DNA from: Auanema rhodensis
Lineage: Eukaryota; Animalia; Nematoda
Assembly: GCA_964057225.1 (NCBI GenBank)
Contig: OZ059899.1
Span: forward strand, 8,494,001 to 8,558,000
Length of the DNA stretch: 64,000 bases
Reading direction: 5' to 3'
The first letter of the stretch is position 1. Each line of letters starts with the position of its first letter. The position numbers were made by a program, and so were the translations under genes. The notes under the pieces are model-generated. The model was not told the DNA's origin. It worked only from the letters and a program-made list of their open reading frames with translations, and searched no databases. Shown here piece by piece: positions 11,556-25,283 of the stretch.

Positions 11556-14500
11556 TTTCTTGTGAATGTAAAATAACTATAGCTAGGTATGTATATCAGT
11601 AATCTTCAAGTTTGTATGAATCACATCATACAACACACTCAAATAAAGATTACATCATAGCGAAGCAAATGAATAAAAACATTATTCCAACAACATTCTT
11701 ACAGAATCAAAAAAAAAATATATGTAAAGACATTTGTACAGTACGTCCTTACAAACTGATTATAAGAAATATAGTAAAGTGTTATACCTTAGCCCGAATT
11801 CTATCTGATCATTTTTTTCTAAATATTATAAGAAATTATTTTTTTTTTGTTATTGATTTTTAAAATTATAATTTCATCAATGAATTATAATAAACCTGTG
11901 AATTTCTTTTAATTCAAAAAAAAATGTTTTGTTAATTCTTCTGTTATATATAAATATATGTTATATTCTATTATTATTATTTGTTTCATATACAAAACAA
12001 TGTAAAAAAAAAGATATAAATGAGAAAGAGACTCCGATGTCCGATGCACACCATTAAATGATTTTTGACTTTTGAACCTTTTTTTCGTATGTTTATCAGA
12101 TTAAACATTACAATTAACAAATTATTTTTTAATAAGAATCTTAATCATTAGTATAATCGATATTAACTATAAATACAATATTTAAATACATATATATACA
12201 TATATATACTATTTCTATAATATTTCAATGTAATGAAGTCAATAGGTTTTCTTCGTATTATTTTTAAAAAATTTAAGAACCAAGTCGTCATAGACATATC
12301 ACATTTCTGCCACACTAAAACCACATCTTGAGGACAAGCTAATTTTACTTAAAAAGAAAATGAGTGTTTTTCTTGTTTGAAAGGAAAAAATTAGTTTCTA
12401 TCTTAACAATTTTTTATACTTATTATTCTTAATAAAGTTCTAAAATAATAGTTCAGATATCTTAATATTAAATGTTATCATATAATATTTGATTTAGTAT
12501 TTAAGATTATTGTTGTATACAAACTTCTCTCAATGATATTTGAATTCCGTTCCATTTCTTTCATATGTGAACAGTTTCTATGAAATTTAAAAAGATATAT
12601 AGAATAATATTTTATATAAAAAATTTTGAATTACAGAATTTTTAATGAATGAAACCATTTTCTACTCCATTAAACTTTTTATTGTGTCTTTCGTTGATTT
12701 TTGTTTGAAAAAAAAGAGGAATATTGACATAATTCTGTAAATACTCTGTAGCTTGGTCTCAGTTTTCTCTCCAAATTTTGCACAATGATCTTAAAGATTA
12801 TCTCTATTATTGATTTTCAATATTTAAATAAAAAAATTTTAATTCAATTATCAAATAGTTTTAATTTAATTTTCTTATATTCGTGAATATGAAAGTAATT
12901 TTTCTTTGCCAAATTTATTATAAAGCCATAACTTTGAGAACAGCATAAGATTTTAGTTTTAAGGTCAAACAAAAAGTGCATATTGTCCTTCTTCTTATCA
13001 AGAATATATTTTGCAAAATTGATATGAAAGATTATGTAGGGAGACATATATATATATCTGAATTTTTTAAAATTATAACAACAAGAAAAATAAGATAATT
13101 TTTCTAATTTTTTTTGGGCACAGAAAGATACTTGAAACTCAGTACAATGTGAGAACATTTCAATTGAACCACTAATACTTTTTTAGCTTTTTTCCAATTT
13201 TGTTCCAAATCAATTTGCTAATTTTTGAGACATTGTTGCCTATTTTCAATTAATCGTATTTCATTCGAGATTAAGCTGTAGTTTTCAGAATCTGGCCTAG
13301 AAACACAAGCTAAGCTTGGATTACACAACAATTCAAAAAAAATCGACCTTGATTAGAAACAACAAATTAAATAACATTGTTTGTATCTTCCTTTTGTTCA
13401 AAATTCATGTACCAAACAATAGTATAAAATCCAATTCTTTTCTTTTGAGAATATTTCTTAAACGTAACAAGTTAATAAGCTTATATAACATATTATGTCT
13501 CATACTGTGTAGTATTGAAACTTTTCTATTTGAATATACATACATATCTTTATCTATTATCAATTATGTATATGCATTTTTTTATCGAATATCAAATGTT
13601 GACTTTTCGTTGCTCATATTGCTACCAATCAACCCACCGGACGTCTTTTCTCTGCACAAATCTACAATTTTCTCTTTTTTTTTCACTTTTTTTCTCATCC
13701 AATTCATTGTTCAGATGATGAGAGTGTATTCTGCTTTTTCTTCGGCTTACATTCAAAATCTCCGAAAACGCCAAGCAGTTCTTTCACTCTCAATTCATCT
13801 ACTTTCGCGTTGCACACACATACCACACTTTGGCTTTTAGATTGTGCCCAGTCTTTTGTTTCTCCCAATCATCATTTTCTCGATCTTATATCTTTTTTTA
13901 ACGTTTTCTACGATAATACTGCATAATTTTCAATCGTCTCTTATTGATTTTCTTTCAAAACACGCTTATTTCCTCTGAATCATTAGCCATGTGATAGCTT
14001 TTCCTACTACATCAAGTAATTTTCCACCTAAATAAGCATTCTTAAAGTTTTCAAATTGAAAGTATTATCTTTAATTTCATTATCATTTCTTCGAAACTTT
14101 ATCTGTAATAGAACTGTCAGCAGAGATTACAGACATTTTTGTACTAACATCTATCGCAAAAATTTTCTTTTACGTACAAATTCGTTTTGTCAAATACTGA
14201 TAATCTGATTTGAATGATAATTGTTCTTCTTTTTTCCTCCTTCTCTCACTCTCTTAATCTTTATACTCGAAATACCTCGTTGCTGTCTATTCCCACTCAC
14301 TTTCCCTCTCTAACAATCTCTCTCTTTATCTCTCTCTCGATCGCGCTCTGCTATGTCTGAACATTTCTTTTTTGCATTACTCAGCCATTACCACACATTG
14401 TTTCTTTTGCTTTTGACGTCAATTCGCAATATATCCTCCTACTATACTCATGTTTCGCATTTTTTATCTGAAAATCTTTATATTGCTTTCTACATATATA

Positions 14501-17500
14501 ATTATATTTTACATATAATCATGTTCATTAACAGCTTTTATATGAACAAATCAAGAAAGGATTATGTTTTCAATCATATGGATATATCTTCATATTATAT
14601 AAAAATATATTTTTATATTATTTCATCTTAGCCCATTCATCTCAATATTCTATTAATAACAATCATTTTTGAATACATCTTATTCGTCTATTATTCCAAT
14701 TTTTTGATGACATTCAATTTTGAACGCATTACTAATAATAATCAATTTCTTATCATATTTTTCTCGCAAATCATATGAATATGCTTCTAACAAATTATTA
14801 TAGTTTCTACAAATAAAATTATTTTCTAATTCATTTTCGAAATACAAAATTCTATTGTATACAAAAAACTAAATTTTGCAAAAACTCAATTTAAAATGAG
14901 AAACATATGCAACGTTATGAATACTTATTCTCAACCTATTTTTTTATTTTCAAAAGCTTAGATATCGATAATCACATTGCTTCTTTTACAACTATCTTTT
15001 CTTACTAACATTGAATAAAGAAAGAATTTTATTATTAATTTTGTCTTCACTATTATAGAAGAAAAACAAGATGATATCATTTTGTGCTGAATTTAAAGGT
15101 AAATAGAAAAAGAAAAAATATATATCATCTTTATAAAGATTTCTACTTGTTTTTCTTCTCATGAAACGATGAGAATTATAGAAAAAATCTAAGAAATTGC
15201 CTGAATTGCCTCTTCATTTCCGTTTGTTTATTTGCAAAAAAAACTCTTCATTTTTTCTTTTTAACAATTTTACCAAAGTTTACATATGTATATATGTACA
15301 TATATGGTGGCTTGGTTGAACACCAAAAAATAACATCTTATGATGAGTAGTCTAAGAGATATGTGAGCACTTAAGAATTTTCAGTGTTTTTTTTTTCATC
15401 TGTATTATCTCATTCCGTTTACAATTTTTTTGAAATATATTTTGATTTCAAAAAGAATTTAAAACATATGCACTTAGGCGGTGATTATAAAGATGACAAA
15501 AATCTGTTACATCCGCTTGTTTTTATCAAGATTATTGAGGAAAAGAATCTTGAATTTCATCTATTAGTTCACGAAAATTATTTTTTTGATTCTAGTTGCT
15601 ATGTAGTTAACATTTCTTTCAAATAAGCCACTATATATATATATATGTGTGTGTATATATGTGTGTATACATCTATAATTGATATATTATTTATCATATT
15701 CATAATTTTATTTGAAAACTTCTTTTAGTAATATCGCACTCTCGCTACTACCCCCTCCTTTCCTGTTGTCCTCTCTTTCTCTTTATCTATCCAGAAAAGT
15801 TTTATTGCACCTCTACATCATAGTTACAATGAAGTTTTTTTTTCTTTTCTTTTTTTTCAATATATTGCTTAATTCAAGCTATAGCTAATATTTTATTATT
15901 CAAGCTATTTGATTCTGTCAGGAGAGCGCAAAAATACAACCAAGCTGCTCTTCGAAGGTTTTCAACGAATTTATTGACCTAACTTCTTCTGATCGAACTA
16001 CTAGGCCACACACAAATAACATCTTGATTCATGTAAGTTTTAATGAATTTTCACCATTTAATTTTTTTCTTACTCTTTTATTGTCTACATAAACCGAAAA
16101 CCTAGACTGAAAATCAACTAATATCTACAGACCATATTTCCCGGATATGTGACGTTTTTGCTTTCGATTTGCAAAGATATTTCTTTTCCATATTTGCACA
16201 ACTGAAAACGATAAATGGATATAGTTCAAGCTAGATTCCATATTTCCTATTCTCCTTTATGCATTTCATTATACGGGTACACGTGCATTACGTTCTTCAA
16301 TTCATGTTGAATGCAACGATACTTGAAATGGTTCATTTCGTATAATTCCGTCGACAAATTTCTATTTTCAATTTTTTATGAAATTACAAATGAAGCCTTT
16401 TTTTTCTTCTGTATAAAGTGCTGATGTGCTTCATATTTTGGTTATTCCCTATAAAATTATATTATCTCTTATAGTTTTTAATCTATATTATTTGAAACTC
16501 GCTAGGTCACAAGCTTCATTTCAAACTTTATTTTTCTCCTGATGTTACGAAATAGTCAAACAATCTAGTATCAGCTTATCAAATACCTCTGCCAAAGTCA
16601 GATGAGTTTTCTTTTATTTTATCATCACGCAACTGCTCTCTCTCTCAAAATCACATGGTAGTATATGAAGCAGAACAAGAACACATAGATACACAATTTT
16701 ATCGTCCAACCAGGTGTTTTTTACTAGTTATTGGTATACTTGTTTATCCTATTTATTTCAATTTTATAGTTTGGATTGATATTATAATTCCTTTTTCAGC
16801 TATACTTATCTCACTTATCCGTTCAGTTTTTCTCTGATTACAAAAAAAAAACTAAGAAAATATTCTTCAACAGATGGTATTTATTTGCATTGTATCATGA
16901 GTATCATGAGTTTGTTCGCACTGTGCATCACTTTTTCTACTTATCTTCACATTTCTATCTTTTCTACCTTCTTCACACCACATATTCTTCTATATCTCTT
17001 CCTATTTCTCTTCTCCTATATTCCCTCCAATAGTCTCTCTCCCTCTTTTTCTTCATCCTCTTTCAGTTTGAGCTCGTCTTCTGTTCCACTCGTGACCGAC
17101 TTTCTATCGATGACAACGACGACTTGTTTTCCGGACTCCTCTTGCCGATCTGCTGTCCTCCGTTTTCGTTGGTTCTCTCAGCTCCTGCTTCATTTTGAGT
17201 AAAACATATATTTCACACTCTTGGTTTTTTTTCTTTCGTTTCAACCAACAACCAAGATTATTTTTTATTGCATAACTATTTTTCATATTTTCAACATCAA
17301 CCAACTCTTTGTAAATATTCTATATTCGGATTGACTCAATGCGGTCTGAGTTTCAAATTACATCGTTTAGTATAATATATAATGGAATACAAGCCCGTTT
17401 TCAACTTAATTTTCCACCATCATAAAACCCATTCCAATAACAAATAGAAGTTTTATTTTTTTAATTAGTTTACTATTTGAGAAAACAGCTATGAATTCCA

Positions 17501-18999
17501 CGAAGGTGGTCAAACTAGCAACATCAGACACTGCAAATCTAGTTGCGGCAATTACCATCCAATCCGACTTAAGTCGGTATGACATTAAGGCGACTCAAAA
17601 GCCATATTTCATTCTTGATTTTGTCTTCATATTTCTGTCTTTGTAGAACATTGTCTACCGTGACCTGACATAGTACGCTACCAGCACTTTTAGTGCTCAA
17701 CGAACATCTCGACGAACTTTAAAATTACACTTCAGCTTATTTCTCCTCTTAGATAAAAAATATAGTTATTTTTTTACTCATTCGTGGCTTTTCATACTAG
17801 GGTTCAAATAATTGTTCCTTTTCCTATATTCAGTTCAGAAAACACAAGACTTTTTGAAAAAATAAAAATAGTGAACTTATGGAATAATGAAAAACCAAGC
17901 TGTTGAGGTCTTCAGGATTTTTCAAAAACAATCCCTATGCATTTAAAAATGACGCAACCACCCTTTCAGAGCCGTTTGAATAAAAAAACAACGTTTCACC
18001 TAGTGCATATAAGTGCAGAAGCACAACGAAAAAAAGAAGCATTAAATCACGGCATCCGAATCCATTAACAGAGATATAAGCTAATGAATGTTATTAGAAG
18101 TTTATTTGTTCAGAACTTTTAACTAAGACTAGCAAAAGAACTGATATGCTATATAGAGTTGAATAATTAAAAATATATAAATTATACAATTTCATTTCCT
18201 TTTTTTGTCTGCCCTACGGTGATCAATACTATTTTATATACATATTTCCTCTGGGCTGGCATAATCATGTAGGAGATGTGTAATAACAATACCGTTTTCT
18301 TATTTATTTAAATCGCCATTTTTTCGATTATGATATTTGAAATTAACCGTTTCATTATAAAAAACACACACATTTTTCTCGAGAAAAGACTAATACTAAG
18401 TAATACACGTCATGTTTAAAGGAATACAATTTAGTTAAAAAATCAGCTTATACTTGACGAGATCAATAACATTAAAGAATCTGTCTATGCATATGTCCTC
18501 CTCTGAGTACTCGCGCTGGTTGTGGTAGACGCAGTCCACTGCCTTCGTCTTCGTGCTAGGACTCTCTTTCTCTAATCCATAGCTTCCCATGGCGAGGTTT
18601 CGACTCCGCCCTACTATCTCCCAAACACACCAAGATATCATAGCGCTAGGTTTATTCCTATTTTTTGTTGTCGCTATTCAATAAACTGTTGCATTATTTT
18701 TTTAAAATCTATTCTGTTTAATATTTGTTAATAATTGGTTCTGTAGTTTTTTTCGATCATTTCAAATATAATTTCGCTAGAAATTGTCATGGCGACACTA
18801 AGTATATTTGTGCTCTTTTTGCTTCAAACAGATTGCGAAATTCAACGAGTTTCTGTCTTTTGGCTACATCGGTTAAATTTTTACATGTTATCGCTTTCAC
18901 ACGAGCTTCTGTTTATTTTCATATATTTTCAAAATGTTTACATCATATTTTGAACTTTCTCACGTTGTTTTTGTGTAAAACTCATTATTTTCTTTACAG

Positions 19000-19087
19000 T
19001 TATCACGCATCTCGTTCGGCTACGAGAAGCTATTGACGATTGAAATAGTGCTATGAGCATAGGCCCTCATCAAACTAACATCTACAG
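19000..19087 (+). other. Putative 5' leader exon of prl-1 carrying the uORF start
   Basis: tctttacag acceptor and CAG|gtttgt donor; ATG at 19053. Confidence 0.65.
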
Positions 19088-20106
19088 GTTTGTTCTTTTT
19101 TTCATGATATATGTCTGTTGTACGGATATTACACTGCACGTTGTTCATATATCCATTTTTGTTTTTGATTTTTTGACTTTTTCTTGAGAATTAGATTCAA
19201 AACTCCTATAGGGAATATAAAATATGTTCATTAATTTGTTCACTAATAATAAAAAAAAAACAGTTGATATATCATACATAATGCAGGCCCTGTTGCTCGT
19301 TAATCTGCTCTTTGCTAATCCGCTTTCCTTATAAATCTCTTACAAATTTACTATCAGATGATCTTAACATCTCTCCGGTTTTGTTTCTTTTTTTTTCACC
19401 TTTCGGCCGCTGACCATTTTAAAATTCATCTTCTACTTCATTGAATTAATACCCTTTAAAAAAATACCTTTAGTTCCTTATTCATCTTTCAAAGTTGTAT
19501 TCAATCCTTTTAAACTTTTTTCAAACATTTTCTTAGTCATCAATCCTGCCAACGTTTAGTGGAAAATGTTTTATATTTTGAGTTCCTCATGGTATTGATC
19601 TTTTTTTACTATAGATTATAGTTTATTAGATTCTCATATCGAACTTCTATTTGAGAAGTTTATCTTATCTATTCAAAAAGTTTGATTAAATTTCTTCTGT
19701 TTTGCTCGCGTCACATTCAGTTTTCTTGTTTTTTTTCGACCAATAAAATTATCTTTATTGACTCAAGACTGTTTGCAATTAGTCTTTGACTGTTTGTATC
19801 ATTACATCTCAATTCCCTTCCGGATTTCTTCGGAGAAATTTTGAAAAACGGTTTAGCTGTTTTTATCTGAACCAAACCTGTCCTGAAATTCCACCTTCCG
19901 TTCTTTTGCCTTAAATGTCTTTCAAATACGTTTGCATGTCGGAATGACGGCTTCCATTTCCCTTTTAAATTCAGCGTGTAATGTCATGATCTATTAGAAT
20001 TTATAAGGAAGATTCTTAGTCTAATTTTTATAGCCGGTTGACAAATAGGGACTTGGCCCCGGCTGCTGAATACTGCAGAGCGCAGCACGAATTCGGTTGC
20101 CGTTGA
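19053..20106 (+). CDS. Spliced upstream ORF (35 aa) in the prl-1 leader: MSIGPHQTNIYSRLTNRDLAPAAEYCRAQHEFGCR
   Basis: 19053-19087 joins 20034-20106 in phase 2 (acceptor tttttatag). The second part is a GC-rich island in AT-rich DNA. The exon continues to 20184, and intron 20185-20227 links it to the exon with the prl-1 ATG. Confidence 0.7.
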
Positions 20107-20253
20107 CTAGTGCAGGACATTATTCACAAAAGAACCGTATTTCATTGTATTTATTTACAACCACCTTGATTAATATTTTTAGAGGTTAGTTTTTTCTCAG
20201 TCATGCTTTACTATCAAGCTTTTTAAGATATAAACATTATTTATCAATATAAA

Positions 20254-21047
20254 ATGGGTAGTGCGACCGCTCAAAAAAGAATGGCTGTAAGCCCAGCTTA
20301 TTTCAAGCCTGCTCCTTCCGAAATTGCGTTCGGTCGTATGCGGTATGTTTTTATTTACTTTATCTTGTTTAATATCGCCTTTGCAGATTTCTTATCACTG
20401 ATCGACCAAACGATAGCTCAATTAACAGTTTCATTGAAGTGAGATTTTATTCTTTTCTTTTATTAAATCAATTTTTTGACTTTCAGGAATTAGATAAACA
20501 TTCTGCGAAGTCTGTAGTTAGGGTTTGTGAACCTTCCTATGAAATCAAACCTCTTACTGAGCATGGTATTGATGTTCTTGATTGGGAATTTTCCGATGGT
20601 AGCCCTCCACCAAAAGAAGTAAGCTGGAAATCGTTATATAATATTATTATGCGTTTCTTAGGTTATTCGCGATTGGCTGAATTTGGTGAGATCATCTTTC
20701 AAAGATTCCAGCAGTCCCGAGCAATGCATCGCTGGTACGCTTTTTTATCTATTTTGCTGTTGTAGTTATTCACTTTTAGTTCATTGCGTAGCTGGTCTTG
20801 GTAGGGCTCCTGTACTGGTTGCTCTAGCTCTTATTGAAGCTGGAATGAAATATGAAGATGCTGTTGATCTTATACGAAGGTAGTGGTTTTGTTGTTGCTT
20901 CATTCAATACGTTATGTTTTCAGACATCGAAGAGGAGCTCTTAATCAAAGGCAGCTAACTTTCTTAGAGAAGTATAAGCCCACCGGAGAATTACGTAAGC
21001 TACGTTATTCCATTGATGGCAAGCCCAAAGCGTGCTGTATTATGTGA
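20254..21047 (+). CDS. prl-1: PRL (PTP4A) prenylated protein tyrosine phosphatase
   Basis: KPAPSEI...[28 protein letters not shown], catalytic [27 protein letters not shown]-terminal CAAX CCIM*; six exons. Confidence 0.96.
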
Positions 21048-21493
21048 TTTTTTTTTGTGTTACTATCGCTTATTTTAAAAGCTATTATTTCAAAGCAAAC
21101 CTCTGAGCTTACCGTCCCGGTTATTAAGTTATCCTCTAACACTATTAATTAATCTTGTGATTGCTCTTTATATTGTAGTACAATACTGGATATGAAAAGC
21201 ATTTCGATTCGATGTTCTGTTTTTTTATTACGATAATTTTAAAGACATTTTTGTTTTTGATTCTTTTGTTCGCCTTTGTATTATATAATGCTCTCGTTTT
21301 ATTTTTGCTAAAAAGCAATTCACCGTTTCAATGCTCTTACTTCTAATAAGTCGTGATATATATTGATCATTATTCAATCGTATCGAAGTTATGCGAATTG
21401 TCACTTTCCAGTGCCCATAAGAATGAATAGTAATCCGAAATATTGTGTATGTACATGTATTTGAGATAAAACATATATACAAATAGAAATGAT

Positions 21494-21903
21494 TTACAAT
21501 TCAACAAGTCTTCCTTCCTCATTGATGTCGTCCTCATTCTCGTCTTTATCATAACCAACTTCGAAAGCTCCTGATAAAACTGCTGCAGTTAGTTCATCTT
21601 CATCGTCATCTTCCCCCAAGGCACGGCGTCGTTTTCTTAATTAAGTTATACAATCACAAAAAGCTAAAATAAATTAAACCTTCGAAGTCGAGCTTTATAG
21701 CACTGCATGCACTTGGTGATAACAAAACATGTCACAAAGAGTATAACTCCTCCAGATAAAAACGTTATTACAGCGAACATAACGGATTCTAGGTCTTGCC
21801 CGAAAGTTTTTATTACTCTACCAGCTTTTGCTACAAAACAATAATATTCAGATAACTAAAATCCTTACTTACTTGGTGAAGGTTTCTGAAGCAAATCCGT
21901 CAT
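21494..21903 (-). CDS. Small single-pass membrane protein with basic then acidic tail, unknown function
   Basis: Three exons: MTDLLQKPSP | TKAGRV...VMFAVITFLSGGVILFVTCFVITKCMQCYKARLR | RKRRRALGEDDDEDE...EEGRLVEL*. Confidence 0.75.
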
Positions 21904-22859
21904 TTATTTTTTAAATTTCATCTGTTTAACTAGAACGTAGGTGAAAAAGTGGATGAAGAAGAATTCAGAACCACTAATTTTTCGTTAATACATCAAAGTG
22001 AAAGAGAAAAGGCAGCTGAACGTGAAAGAGAACGAGATAATAGCTGAAGAGGAAGAGTATGAATGAATCGCTTCTGTTTTGCATGTACAAGCTGTTTGCT
22101 TCGAAACAGCTGTCCTTCTTCAATGTGAGTTTTCATCTTTTGCGAGACGAAGGCTAAGGATACGTTAGATATAATCGTCTCTGCTCTCACTTATATTCAA
22201 TAATTTGATTTCCTCAGGTACGAAATGTACTACTACATCTATGAATTTTTAGAACATTATCTAAAAATTTACCAATAGATGATTTACATGAAATTAATAT
22301 CTTAATACATTTCGCACGTTACGTTTAAGAAATGTGTTGATTGATCTTGTGGAAGTAAAGAAAAATAAACAAAGTTTCCCGGTGTCAAAATAATTGTTCA
22401 TTTACTCAAACTGCTTCAACGTTTTGTTTTGGTTTATTAAATACGACATGACAATTTTCGAATTTGAATGTAAAATACAATTATAATCGAGCATGTGAAA
22501 ATAATTTGAATGTTAAAAAAATTCAAATCACGTGCCTTATAAAGCTTCTAATTCCAAGCATGAGTGCATACTTCCTCAAATCTAAGTTGCACGTGTTTTA
22601 TCGAATATAACTTAACATCTGTAGCTTTATTTCGTGTAAGAATTATAAATTCAAACAAATATGTGATCAATTCGACAGAATTAACATAGTTTTCAAAATT
22701 GTGGATATATTACTGAGCAGAGCTCAAATGCCGTTTTATAAAACGTTAGGAAAAGGTTTGAAAATGAGAGACTGCTGTTAATCATAACAATTTTTTTGTA
22801 AAGTTAATAGAAATAAGAGTTAAAAATCAAATACACTTAAAAATATGAATATTCACCAG

Positions 22860-24595
22860 TTAGCTAATGGGCATCAAATTTCGACACTTTATAAAATTCA
22901 ACAAAAAATATGCAACATGAGTGCATAACGCAATTTTGAAACTTGCAAAACTATGTGTTTCCCATTTGTTATAAATCTGATGAAAAGAGTCATCTTGATT
23001 TTCGAGGCCATCGAAAAGCATACCCAAATAAATTAGATGATAAATGGCCACCAGAATGAATATCAAGTTTAAAGCAAAAGTTAACCAATGAGACTGAAAT
23101 ATTAAGAGTATCTATACACATACGTGCAACAACTAACTGATTTTCTTTTATGTGTACATTTATCTTTACATTCCCTAGCCTGAACACATGCAGAAAACAT
23201 ATTGCTAAGTTCATGACGTAAACCTAGAAAAAAAACTATATTCTTTTTCTTTTGAAATGCTTTCTAACATGTTTCCACATATGTTAAATATCCCAGTGAT
23301 AATAGCACAATAGAAAGCTTCACATTAAATCCCTAAAAACTTATTGGACTCATATTATTTTAAAAAAAAAGCTTCACATGCAAGAGAGAACTGACGAAGA
23401 ATGTAAATCCTATAGCAATTGAGGATTTTCCTAGCTTGGAAGCTGGCTTATAGATATCTAAACGGATTATTTTTTCAATAAATTCAAGAATTAATTACTA
23501 ACAATTTTTGAGATATTTGTGCATAGGCAAATTCCAAGCTATGACAATGTCAACAACTGAACGAGGAACTTCCACCCGTAGAGGCTTCACTATCCATCCA
23601 CCTCCACCTGTGAGCCAGAAAAGTGCTAAAAGCAGGTTGTAAAAATGAAGTTAAAACATATTACCTTGAGAAAAGAAACAAATAAAGTAGTGGCTAGTTC
23701 TAAATTCAAAAGCTGTTACATAATCCTTAACCAATAAAGGAACAGAAAAAACTGAGGAGCACGACGACAGTAACACACAACAAATGCTAAATAGGATACA
23801 TAGAGCGGCACGTCCACCACTACGGAGCTCTTCCTGAAAAACATGTTCAAGACATATGAATCACTTTGAATTTACCCAAAAAGATCTACGTCTAAAAGAC
23901 TCTACAAATTCTTTGAATGTACAGAAAGGTCCAAATATAATAGAGGCGGGATTGTAAAGATAAGCAATATAAGATAAAGTCCCTGTGTATGGTAATGTAC
24001 CATTTTCGAAGTCAAATGCAAAAGAGGACAAGCGCATCACTATAGACATCAAAATTCCGCGTATTGAAGCTGTTTGAGAAGACTCATATCGAAATTCACT
24101 GAAAACAGTTAAAATTCTCAACAACAACAACAAAAGAAACTGACAGAAAAATCAACAGCAAGCAAGAAGAAAAGGTAACAATAAAACCTTTCTTGGCAAG
24201 TGGAGCGGCTACGATGTAAATAAGTGAAGTAATAGGATATAGAAGGATAATATTGAATAAGTGATCACTCTTAACAAAATCACACAAAGCATAAAGTCCG
24301 CACATAATAATGACTAAACACTTTAGAGCACCGGGAAAACCTGGAATGTAAACCCGCAAGATAATCAAAAATAATGTTGACACTTACAGGTTAACTGAAT
24401 TAAACGATGGCATAAACAGAGCAGAACTAATCGAAATAATTCAACCTGTAAGGAGCCTAAGACTCCACTAGTACATTGAACAAGTTCTTCAGTTGTATCG
24501 ACTAAGAATAAATCATCATGTTGAAGTTCAAAAAAATTGCCATGCATCCGTATCAATTCATCCTCATCGAATAAAATCTCGGAAGAAATATCCAT
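22860..24595 (-). CDS. mom-1: Porcupine Wnt O-acyltransferase (MBOAT family)
   Basis: RGILMSIVMRLSSFAFD, YLYNPASIIFGPF, VEVPRSVVDIVIAWNLPMHKYLK, FFVSSLLH (MBOAT His), HLIYLGMLFD; multi-exon. Confidence 0.92.
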
Positions 24596-25283
24596 TCCTA
24601 ATTAAGTTGAGCCATAGGTTTATTTCTAAAAATGATACAAAAACTATTATAAATAATGCTCAAAAGGATATCAAAATATAATAAGTTATAATAATACAAC
24701 AAATCTCACAGCTCTTTTTATTTTTCTTGCGTGAGTAGTTGTGCGGTGTTGTGTTGTTTGCTGGTATTTTATTATTTTGTACCGCGTTCAAATGTTGTTG
24801 AAATTCAAAGGTTTGTATGCCAATTTTTACATCCGAACTGTTATCTACATTCTTATTTCAGAAGACAATTCGTCAATCTCTTCTTATTAACTACCAACAA
24901 TAGAATGGCTTCTGTAGTCTTACTAATGAGGGAAAACAGTAGGGACAAGCCACATTAGAGATATCTAGTTACTTTATTTTCCCATTCTTATATTTGGACC
25001 CTGACCTATACGGGCTCGCTGACCTTGCATGTACTGCTCAACGAGGCAAAAGATAAAGAAAAATAGGCCCGGTACGCCCATAGCTGGTGACACAGCCAAC
25101 CTATGACCTCAACACAACCATCATCTACTGATCGTACAGCACAAATGAAATCATATTGATTGATTCCTCATCTAACCCTTATAAAGCCCTTTATCCCATG
25201 CACATATGTTTTTGTTTGTTTCAAGTATTTTTTATAGGTACTTTGATAAACGTACAAGTTAAATTCGTTATTGGGGGAAAAGG

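Noticed and set aside
11612-17304. Short Phe/Ile/Leu/Tyr-rich ORFs from the track
   Set aside because: Typical chance ORFs of AT-rich intergenic DNA with no motifs or consistent splice structure (except the 16655 start noted separately).
18500-18625. tRNA-like sequence (tggtagacgc...ggtttcgactcc)
   Set aside because: Only loose A/B-box resemblance; no acceptor stem or cloverleaf could be built.
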